DNA of 34,867 nt, from contig NW_003314441.1 of the NCBI RefSeq assembly GCF_000143415.4, positions 1 through 34,867 of the forward strand. Reading direction: 5' to 3'. The position numbers and the translations under genes are program-made. The notes beneath the pieces were generated by a model, which did not search any database, had not been told where the DNA came from, and saw only the letters and a list, made by a program, of their open reading frames with translations. The first letter of the stretch is position 1; each line of letters opens with the position of its first letter. This DNA comes from Selaginella moellendorffii. Taxonomy: Eukaryota; Plantae; Lycopodiophyta. Below, one piece after another: positions 21,808-32,443 of the stretch.

Positions 21808-24800
21808 TACACTAATATTAGTGTAGTGGGATTTTGACAGTCATAGATTGGTTTCAATCCGAACCACATGCTCTTGTATATATGCTGGGTTTTGGGTTAA
21901 TTGAGGGGTACATTGCTATATTCCATTCTATATTCCATGCACTCACATAGCTTATAAAAGGGTATATAAAACCAATAAATAAAAACTGATCTACATAAAA
22001 TTGCCAAAACCTATATGCAATTAATGACTTGGTTTACAGGGATAAACCAATATGAAACAAGCATTTCATCTCATAGTGTCTTTCCTTTTCCTAGTAGCAA
22101 GATTGTTTTTCTATAGAGACAAATTCTCCATATCAAGTTCTAGATTTTCCTAAAGGCACTGCCATAGTAAATGCCTTTTATCCACTGTGTAAGGGATAGT
22201 AGCTGGGTGTAAACCGATGGCACAAATGGTGATGGAATTGTTCAATAGCTATATGAAGCTCTAGCTGTGAGCCAAACAGCAAGAAATCCCACATGGGGCA
22301 TTACATCCAAATTACTACTATGCTATTCTGCTTTTCTTATATGGCATGTGGCCTCAGGCCATGGTTCTTGCGCACTTACCAGATGTCCAACTTTATTAGA
22401 ATGACATGAGGCCTCATGTGATATTCTCGCATTCAACTGGTCAACAGCTTTAGGATGGCGTAATGCCTCATGCTTAAGCTTTGTATCCTCCACCAGTTAA
22501 ACCTTGTATGGCCAAGCAAATGGGGTGGATCAAGCCTCTCGCGGGCTAATGAGGGAATATTCCAGGGACTTGGAATATCCCCTGTGCTCTCAAAGCTAGA
22601 ATCTAGGCCGTGAACGTGCGAGAATAAGCGGCAATAAACAAAGGATCTGTCCCATGCGTCAAACTCCATGCATTTGAAAGCCTTTCACACAGCTCAAAAC
22701 TATTTTAGCCTCATCCAAGTGTTTTTAATATGGTTTCACCATGCTGCAATTCAGGCCTTTTCTTCCAAAAGGTCTCCAAGATCGTTGGTGTGGTGGTGAC
22801 AAACTGCATTATAAGCTTAATGATCTCATTGAACCATTGGCATTTTCGTTTCCAGGCTGTCATGACCAAGTTGAGAGTGTGGCATTGGCATCGCAAGGAC
22901 CATAGCTGTGGGAAGCTATCTTCCAAGAGTTTGTCTGAGAGCACAATTTGTAACTCTGTCTGTAATAGCTGCAATTATGGACCTCAGGCCAATCTCAAGG
23001 ATAGATTTTTTAAGGTGTCCAGCTAGAAGGAAACACAAAAAAAAAAAAAAATAGACATAAGAATAATGTTGATAAGTCATTTTTGAACATCTGTCCAGCC
23101 ATCTGCCACTAGTGTCAAAGGGATATAATTCTCTTTGTGACTTTCCAATGCTGCTGCCACCCTTTGCTGCTGTCTTCATAAGCGCAATGCAGAAGGGAAT
23201 TGCAGATGTCATTTTCTGATGGATACTTGTAGCCAATGCCAGCTCGTGCAACTGTGTCAAAGGCATGCTTCCAGGTCGGATGCTGTATCATATGGAAAGC
23301 CACACCTGTTTTGTAGACAGCCTGTGCAATTGCCATGTCGCATGCATGCCGGAGATGAGGCAGGCACTTGGGTGGCCCGATAGTAAAGAAACTCTTGCCT
23401 TCGTTGTAGTTCTGACTGTGGGGACAGCTGCTGTCTCTTCCTTTTTCGTAGTGACGATTGTCGTGGAACCCTTTCCTGAGCAAAAGAAAAACAAAACAAA
23501 ATTTAGAAAAAAAACTTCATTGTCTGGCTCTTTACAACAAAAGAAAGAAGATACTTGCTCCAGTGTCGGTTGTTACCATGTCTTCCTCACTACATCGTCT
23601 TTGCTGCATCAGCTGCTGCTTGATCACCAGTAGTTCCTGTGCAAATTCTCTCCTTCTCAAGCTCCCGAAGCATCGCCTCCAGCAGCACCGCCACCACCAG
23701 CGGGAGCACTGTTGGTGTTGGATCCTATCAGAACAAACACGGGAAAAAGTTAAAGTGAATGATAATGAAATTTCAAAAACATACCTGGAGGACTTTTCCG
23801 GTTACTATTGCCACCACCAGCAGCACTGCCTTGATCAGAAGACACGCTTGGGGGTGGTCTTCCTGCTGACAGCATTGCCCTCGTCTTCACTACGACCACT
23901 GTTGTACTCATTGGCATTGTCACCAGCTCCCCCTAAGCGTGCTCTCAAAGAGGCCATCTCGTTTGGACAGACAGCATCTTATGCCGCCTGAAGCAATGCC
24001 ATGCCTTCTTCCGAGACAGGATTGCGTGCATTGGACGCCACAGATATTGCATCTCCCTGAGGCACTAACCTGTCTGACGGAATGGCTCATGCCGAATGCT
24101 TGCTTGAGTCTCTCCTTGCCAAGCTCACGAACAATAAATATGGATCAGGGGATCGCCAAGGGCTCTCCCGCCTTGTTCTCATCGCCTTGTTCTTGCTCCA
24201 TACAGTACAAGTTCTGAAGCTTAAAAACAAATGGCTACAATAAAACACCTAGATAGTTTCTGTTCTTGCATTGGACCAGAGAAACTTCAATGTCAGATAA
24301 TAAATTTTGAGATATTTTTATCGTTGTTTACTTGTTCTTGGTCTTTATGCTGCTCGAAAAATTCAGTATTGTCAGTAGGCGGTCTTTGCGAAATTCATAA
24401 CAAAGAATCAAAAGGAGAGATTTGAACCAGAGATTTGTTGCATTTCTTGGTACCACTGCGTTTCTTCTGCCAAACGGATTTGGCCAGTTCAAGGAAGCTC
24501 TGTCGTCTGATCATTCTGGTTGCAAAGGTACAACTCTTTACTGTTATACATTGTCACGCATGTTGTTCTAGGATAGCATTGCTAGGCACTTCAGGATAAT
24601 CCCAAGATAACATCACTATAGCAGAACTGGGCTCTCCATTTCTCTAGATGAAGCTCACACACAGCAACGACAGTGATAGCAGAGAAGAGGCCATGGTGGA
24701 CGTCATTAATGCCATGAGGAAGCGACCACAAGGACTTGATGGAGTTTCTCAACTTCCTAAAAGGGTTATAGTTGGCTTTTGAATACCCGCTAAAAACTGT

Positions 24801-25027
24801 GCCCTATCTCCCTATGTTGTGTTTCTTTGAAGGTTGAGCAATCAATCACCCTAGGCATGATGAGGTTGCTATAGGGTTTAGATATCGCAAATGTGGTGCA
24901 CCAGGACTCCATTGATCCACGTGCAGACTCGTGTAATGTATGCTTGCTGTAGTCAAACTTGCTGCACGAAATCTAAAAAATCTTTAAATATGTATTTCTA
25001 TTTGGTCAGAGCTGGATTCCTTGCTAG
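21808..25027 (+). mobile_element. Outer/older Helitron segment ending just upstream of GEX2
   Basis: Starts TACACTAATATTAG (5'-terminus-like). Ends GAGCTGGATTCCTTG-CTAG|T (25024-25027), very similar to the 21807 end, although the left arm of the hairpin is decayed. Confidence 0.5.
22400..23400 (-). pseudogene. hAT-superfamily transposase (DUF659/RNase H-like) remnant
   Basis: 'IAQAVYKTGVAFHMIQHPTWKHAF..AGIGYKYPS', 'EIGLRSIIAAITDRVTNC', 'LLEDSFPQLWSLRCQCHTLNLV' (CxxH motif) and a WW..LLT dimerisation-like tail. Multiple frameshifts and deletions. Confidence 0.8.
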
Positions 25028-25126
25028 TTTTAACATATTTCTTGTTCTAAGGAATCGAACTCTTCAAGCAAGCACATCTAAAACAAAATAGCATTAAAAC
25101 AGCTTCGGTTAGCTGCTTTTTAGGGT

Positions 25127-28100
25127 ATGGCATGCATTCTGGCGCTGACTCTGGTATTTTTTGAACTTGTTAGCTCTCCTGAGCTCACAAGCTGTTTGTT
25201 TGACGACTGTAAAAAAGGTTTTGTCGCATGTTCTCTCTAAGAAAACTACTAATAAAGCACCCGTTTTTGCAAATTATAGCCTCCTCTGGCTGGGAGAAAG
25301 CCAGAAATGTTTTTAATCCGAACGATAAAGCAATGCTGCAAATATATGAAAAATATGACTTGGAACTAAGCGTCACTAGCAAAAATGGTACATCTCTGGT
25401 TCACTCAAACATTACATCTCAAGAAAATTACCAATTTGTTGCATTCAACGTTCCAACGATTTCGGGCACATACTATTTAAATGTTCTTAAACACCAGAAC
25501 ACACACGTAAAAGGCTCGCCATTTGAATTTTCAGTTCTCTCAGGTATATATATATTTGGTATTGTTTTGTGCTGCCTCTTCTTACTTAACCAAAGGATCT
25601 TTTCGTCTTAAAGCAAATGCTGCCGTAAGTTCTTGTGTTGGGAATTGGCCCTATGGCAGTATATTTGATGTTGGGGAAACTTCCTACTTAAATGTTAAGC
25701 TTTATGATGCCGATAACATGCCAGCTTATGGACTGGTGAACTTTGTCGTGACAGTCAATCAACCCAGCGCAATAAGTGATATTGGTATGAAACTTGACGG
25801 GACGGTGGAGGTTATATCCTTTATTCCTCAAATTATCGGACAGTACTCGATGACCATTGGGGTCGGAAACGACATTATTGTGGGCTCTCCATTTCAGTTT
25901 GGAATCGTTGCAGGTTGGTAGAATTCTTTAACCTTGTCCAAATTCTAAGAAAGAAAAAAAATGTAGGGAATGCTTCTGTTAAAAATTGCATTGCTTCATG
26001 GGTGAACGACAGTCACTCCTTTAAGGCTGGTTCTTTAGCTGCAGCAAGGGTGTTACTGAAAGATGTGCGTAACAATACTTTGAATTTTGCAAATGGAAAA
26101 ACTTCAATGGTAAAATTTGATCTACGTATAATTGGTACGAAGTCTGATACTAGAGCTATTCCCGATCCAGAGTTTAACATAGTACCTGACTTTCAAACTG
26201 GGTATGAATTTATTTATTTTGTGGCCAAACTATCAGGATATTTCACTCTTTCAATTGGGACTGTCTCCGGCGAAGTTGTAAACTCACCATTGCAGTATGA
26301 TGTGACACCAGGTATATGTGTACGATCCTAGAGCATGAGGCTTACACATCCTTTTAGGGAGGATTTATATTCCTGCATGTGTGGGCCAATTCACTTCGGA
26401 ACCAACTTTTCAGGCTGGTACGAAAGCAAACGTCATGGTAAAACTGGCCGACGAATTTGGCTCCACAGTGTGGATAGGAAGTTATGATTTCACTGTAAGT
26501 GTGGAAGGAAAACTTGGAGCTAGCAGGTATATATCAGACGTCAACTCAACGCAACTACAAGCCGGCTACATGGTTATGAGCTTTACCCCAATTGCAGCAG
26601 GGCAACACCTTTTAGAAATTGGCGATGGCTTTAAATCCATCCAAAATTCACCATTGACATTTGGAGTCGTAGCAGGTAGTTACCTTGCCCATCATTCAAG
26701 AGAATAAGCGAGCCCTTGAATGGTATAGGTCCTGTATACGTGCCCTTTTGTACAGCTGAGTGGCTCCATGATGTTGACAGCTTTGTTGCCGGAGAACAAG
26801 TTGCCCTGCGGATTCTTCTGATGGATGCGTTCAACAATAATGTGAGTGAAGCCACAGGCAATCCCGGGGCCTTCTATCGCTTTTCTGTAAACGTCACAAA
26901 CTCGTCAGGCGGTGCTAGTTCCATTACAAATGTTTTGGTAAAACAAGATGTTTATGAATCTGGATATGTTCTTATTACATTTAACGTTTTTGAATCTGGA
27001 GTCAATCAAGTACAAGTTGGCGGTGGCACGATGTCTATTTTTAACTCTCCGCTGGCATTTACGGTTTTACCAGGCAAGACTTTTCCTTTGATCAGTTTCC
27101 TTTGTTCATTAGTCTTATGCAGGTCCAATTTCAATGGCAAATTGCTTTCTTGAATGGCAATATGGCGTCAATGATTTTCAGATTGACAGCCTTGTCCAAT
27201 TTATCATTAACAAGCGTGATTTATACAACAACCCAGTTGCAGATGAATACTTATTTGATGTGACACTTTATAGAGTTCAGCAAACTGCTGGATTCCAATT
27301 ACTTGAAGATACGAGCACCTATCCTCTTGACGACCTGAATATGACTGCTATGGATCCATCTACACTTGGAAAGGTGTTGGTTTCATTTACAGCACATGAA
27401 GGAAACTTTCAACTCCAAGTACTTGCTGGAAACATTAGTGTGAAAGGATCTCCCGCTAAATTTACAACTTTTGTCGGTAAGATGAATGGCGTGTGATCAT
27501 GAACATTGTCGTCCTTTTATACAGGTATTGTGGATCCAGCCAAGGGTAATTGTTATGGTGATGGATACACAGGGGCCAGTGTCGGTGGTTTCGCATCATT
27601 TGATTTGCAGTTGCTGGATTCCACAGATGACACAGCATATGAATTTGAAGCAAACATTTCATCCCGCAAGACTGTCAAAACGTCTTTGAGCCTTGGAGAT
27701 TATTATGTGTTAGGAAATCCGACTCCAGACGTCACTTTGGACGGCCTTTATCACATCAGCTACACAACTACAAAAGCGGGCGTTTATAACATCACCGTTA
27801 CCTGGATGTACTATGTCCTCTGTCAGCGACAACTGACAATAGCAGCTGGTAAGTGATTCGCACAGCATCCATCACGTTTTAATACCCTAATGCAGGGCCA
27901 GTAATGATCAACCAGTCAAGAATTTCCGGAGAAGGTTTACAATCAAAAATTGCAAGAAATTCTATGCAACAGGTCTCTGTCTACTTACTAGATTCCCTCG
28001 GAAACTTTGTTCAGGGACAGCGAGATAAAATCCGCTGGAAGATCGATGGTAGTGGTGGATCTTTGACCCAAAGTATTTCAGATAGTGGGAAGGGATACTC

Positions 28101-30206
28101 AACTGCCTATACAATATTTGATATTGGTCAATACACAATCACCGTCACTTATGACAACATTCCATTGCCAGGAAGCCCTGTAAAGGTGAACGTAATCTCA
28201 GGTAAAATCATTAGAATGTCCTTTGAATATTTTTTAAAGTAATGACTTGCAGAGGCGTCATTTCCAAAAGCTGTAGACGACACCATATGGACATGGGATG
28301 AGGTGTCCATAGCAATTGATGTATTGGCAAATGACATTGTTGACGGCGGGAAGAAGGTGTTGACCGGCTTCTACAAGGTAACAATTAGAATAGCAATCAA
28401 TAATCTGCTTTTAATTTGTAGGCTCCATCATTTGGGTCAGTAGTTGCTGAAAACGGGAAAGTCAGATACACTCCAAGAAAGGGATACAAGGGGAACGATA
28501 TGTTCATATATGTCTTAACGGTTACAAGCCCTTCTTCCCCGAACCAATCAGCAAATGGGCTTGTTTTCGTTTCTGTTCGTACGGAGCCGCCAGAATTCAC
28601 ATTTTGGCCCAAAGCATTGATAGGCATTGAAGGCCAGTCCATTTCGACTTCAGAGTACGCTGTCACAAATTTCTAGTTCATATATTCATTGCATTTCGCT
28701 AACAGCGATTTTAATGGACTATATTTGAGTTACACGAATAATACAGAACTTCTTACATTGGACGTGTTTGCCGAGCATGGACACTTGTATCTTCCTGGGG
28801 ACGCGCCCCAGTTGTGGCATGACATGGGAAATAAAACAACATTTGGTTATAATATAACTTTATTAGGCAATTCGGACGCTATCAACAAGGCAATTCAAAA
28901 CTTCCTTTATATTGGGTTAGTTCATATCCCTTCTTAATTTGCAAAAGCTAACCTTCGTTAATACAGTGATAGTCATTACAATGGTAACGATACGCTGATG
29001 TTGTCAATAAGGAATAGCAACAACTCTGGAGATACTGTCAGCATTCCAGTTCAGGTTCTTCCCTTCAATGACCCGCCGTTTATAAGTGCACCGGACTATG
29101 TTTTGAAACAATATGATGGTAGCCTGAAGCCCTTATCAGGCAATACGGTGGCATTCAAAGTGAAAAATCCTATCGCAGGCATTTCTGTGGGAGATCCTGA
29201 TGCTTCTGATATTAGAGGTATATCTCATTGGACGTCAGTTAGTTGTAACAGCACTTTTTGGCCAGAGGATGGGAGAATACACAATTTGGAGATCACGCTC
29301 GAGACAAGTTCTGGTTCCCTTACAATTTTGCTACCCCAAAGTTCTGTAACTAGTGCGGAATACAGACTGGAGAACAGCTACATGTGGGAGCCCTGTCTTT
29401 CAGCTATAATTTCAAACGGCTTCTTTAGTGTCCAGGCCCAGGCAGTGAGATTTCGTGGTACAGTGGCAGAATGTAACATCGCGTTGTCCACCATAACCTA
29501 CAATGTAAGTTAATCATGCTCTTATTTATGTTAAGGTTAATTGGTACTCGTACACAGGGAACTGTGGATGGCGAAGTGCTTACTTTGATTGTCAATGACA
29601 TGGGAAACTTTGGTTGCTCTGAAACCTGTCCTTCGGATTTCTTACATCCACTTATAGCGCAAAAACTAATTATTATATTCATAGCGATTCCCAGAAGCGC
29701 TTGGTGGGCTTACAGTAAGCAAAATTAAAATATATCTTTTACTAAACTTTTTTGTCGTTTTCAGTGAAGGAGGCCCGGATATACGGCGCTACAGTTGGTT
29801 CGATTGGATTAGCGTCCTTAAGTTTCTTGTGTATAATCTTTGCCCTTGGACGGAGAGTATCAAGAAATCGTGACAGAGCAAAATTTAAAGATGTGAAGGA
29901 AACAGAAGATGACACGGCCTGTGATGAAACAAGGGTCTGATTCCAAACATATAATTATAAGATTCTGATTTTGGTAGCTTAGTACAGGTGTACAATCCTC
30001 TTTGGATTCCACCCCCAGGGGCAGGATCAGATCAAGAAGTACGTTCTGCACCAAATCCCCTGATTGTGAAGCAACGTCAACAAGAGCTCCGGTTACGGTG
30101 TGTTCGAGATGTCTTTCTATTTCTATTCTAACCTCGATTATTGTGCAGTCTTAGAGAAATAGAGAATGACATAGAAAAGGTCAAAAGACAGCCAGTTTCG
30201 ACATGA
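25127..30206 (+). CDS. GEX2: GAMETE EXPRESSED 2-like type I membrane protein with filamin/Ig repeats; 18 exons, ~1396 aa
   Basis: Manual exons: 25127-25208, 25280-25543, 25614-25913, 25967-26311, 26358-26675, 26729-27073, 27123-27476, 27525-27848, 27896-28201, 28253-28377, 28422-28654, 28706-28915, 28967-29217, 29266-29504, 29558-29714, 29765-29934, 29988-30097, 30149-30206 (4191 nt, in frame). Signal peptide; 8 repeats mostly ending GSP/NSP-x-x-x-V-x-x-G. GEX2-type motifs FPKAVDD..DVLAND, RYTP..GND, NDPPFI, VGDPDA, VNDMGNFGC. One TM helix, then a cytosolic tail. Confidence 0.88.
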
Positions 30207-31243
30207 GCTCCTGAATATGTAAAGGCTACATGTATTTAACAAAAGCGCACTTTAAACTATGCAATACAAGGTCATTAAATATTACACAGTAAATGCTCAA
30301 ATATGCTTTTTATAAAGAACCTCCTAAAAATGAATTCTCTGAGGCAAGTTGCTGCCATGGTCTGAAGTGGTATTTGCGGCTTGTTTCATAAAAACTTTGG
30401 ACTGCTACTGGAAAATGAGTCGCATAATACTGGCAGACCCCAACAATAAGCATTCACCAAAAATGCCGGATTACTTCAGAATCTAAACCAAAAACACCTC
30501 ACCTTATGCTATGTTGTGGTGCTGTACAGCATAAAAGAGAAAAAGATCTAAGCTATCTTTTGAGCAATGGACAACATTGCACTAGATGATGGCCTTTTCG
30601 TACTGCTTGAGCCTGAGCCAGCAAGCTAACATTTTATCTCCCTTGTAGGCTACTTCATAGAGTTGCATTGAAATAAAGTATATTAAAAATGTAATCCATC
30701 CATCCGTGTTCCTGGACTCAGGTTTTCATAAAAGAAAAAAAAACACTTTAGATTAACTGCAATATACAAATTAAGAAAATCTGGTTTCGCTTTTAGGGCG
30801 CAGGATTGAAAATATACAATATGCCAATATTAGAGCAGGCCTATAATATACGTTTATGGGGACTATGTTTCACGTTATTTTCAGTTGTAAATATTATGCA
30901 GTTCCTCGTTGTCCGCATTTCTTTTCTTTTATCTTTGTCCCGGAATGCTGTGCCTTTCTTGACCTCTTAGCAACCCACAGAACAAAAAGATCGTCTATAG
31001 TTTCTAAGGACCTGCTTTTATATTTAAGAAAATGATATAATTCTGTAGCCGGGGATGGTAACAGTAAAAATGCTTGAAGCAAGTTTCTACTTTACTATTG
31101 TTGTTTACTGCTGCAATATAGAATATGTGGTTTATTCCCATAACTATTGGTGACTATATTCGTCTTTGGATTCATGGACTTTCATACTGTACACGCTTGC
31201 ATATGGCTTAGGTTGCAATATAAACAATCGCATTGAAAAACAA

Positions 31244-32310
31244 TTAGTCTTCAACAGGATTCGCTTGTTGAACAAAGCTCGTTCTAGTCTTAGCAGGAAA
31301 AAAAATGTTTTTCTGACGATAAAAAGTGTCTTCTATAATTGGCTTGTGTGCAAACTGTGGCTTCGTATATCCAAACGAGTTTGCATGCCTGCCTATTTCA
31401 TCAGACGCTGTCTGATAGCCACCTTTTTGCTGCACAATGAACGATGAGTTATTATAGTTCACCTAAAACAATGCTTGTCCAAGACCTTCTCTATGTCCAA
31501 ATTGTTGGTACAATAGGCGGCTCGATGCTGACAATAGTATGTTTGATGATGACATTTCGAACAATGTGGGGTAACTGCCAGGCCTGGTTTTCCAATATCA
31601 TACAAATACTTTGGCCCTTCAAACTGTTTCACAACCAAAAGTATAGAAAGGAGAAACGAAAAAAAAAACGGAAAAAAAAAAACAAACTCTATACCCGCGT
31701 TGGAACTCGCTTCTCTTCTTTTCCATCAGCCAGTTCAGCAATCTGCTCTGTCATTGCAGCCAAGGTCTTTTTGCTGTGTTTATTATCAACCTGTTATCAA
31801 GCGAGTCAGTATATGCTGTATTGAAATAGAAAAGTCCAGTTCACCTCAAGCATTTCCCGATATTGATTGGTGCGCATTGTATTGCTAAACTCATCCCTCT
31901 TTGTAAAGTCTGAAGATAAGAAGCCTTTATATTTCTCAGGTTGAAGCTCTCGGTATCCCATGCGGTCTTTGTAGGGGTCTCCCTGAGATTTCCAGGTAAC
32001 TGTTACAAATAATTATAGTGTTTATGCGGTTCGTCTTCCAGACTTACATCAGACACCCACGGATGCTCTTTTTGAAAGTAGACATCTACTGTTTTTCCCT
32101 TCTTTGCCGGATTTGTAACCATATGTTTGCCCGTGATTGCAGACCGGAGTGCTGCATCATAGACAACAAGTTGATCGTTCAAACATAGTGATGACACTTA
32201 CGAGCCTTAAGTCCATATTGCAGTGGTGCATCTTCGCTACCAAAAGTAATGTAGCTCGTCACCTCAAAAACATCTCTAATCGCCCTTTCCGTCAAAAGAT
32301 TGTTATTCAT
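31244..32310 (-). CDS. Putative flagellar/cilia-associated protein, 6 exons, ~256 aa
   Basis: Exons 32310-32202, 32151-32048, 31982-31845, 31790-31695, 31623-31486, 31429-31244 (771 nt, all GT-AG, in frame). Protein: MNNNLLTERAIRDVFEVTSYITFG..KHMVTNPAKKGKTVDVYF..WVSDGDPYKDR..QPEKYKGFLSSDFTKRDEFSNTMRTNQYREML..YLYDIG..KPQFAHKPIIEDTFYRQ. The gene structure is well supported. The flagellar assignment is recalled similarity to algal/protist flagellar proteins. Confidence 0.72.
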
Positions 32311-32443
32311 CTTGAATGAACTCTAACAAGGTCAGACCGCCGCCAAAATGAAGCTACCTTTCCAAAACCCCTGACTCCGGATTAGGGCATGTCATATGGC
32401 GGGAGATTCAAAACCCCATATGCACTTCGGAAGAATATTCGCA

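Noticed and set aside
23265-24217. Long plus-strand ORFs (23265-23633, 23458-23991, 23939-24217)
   Set aside because: Antisense shadows of the minus-strand hAT region; no motifs.
21946-24801. Possible degenerate hAT TIRs (CATAGCTTATAAAAGGGTAT vs rc CACAGTTTTTAGCGGGTAT)
   Set aside because: Weak identity in AT-rich sequence, and the flanking 8-mers (TGCACTCA vs CCCTATCT) do not form a TSD.
30250-31200. Possible small gene between GEX2 and the flagellar gene (e.g. ORF 30894-31082)
   Set aside because: I could not build a consistent spliced model or recognise any motif.
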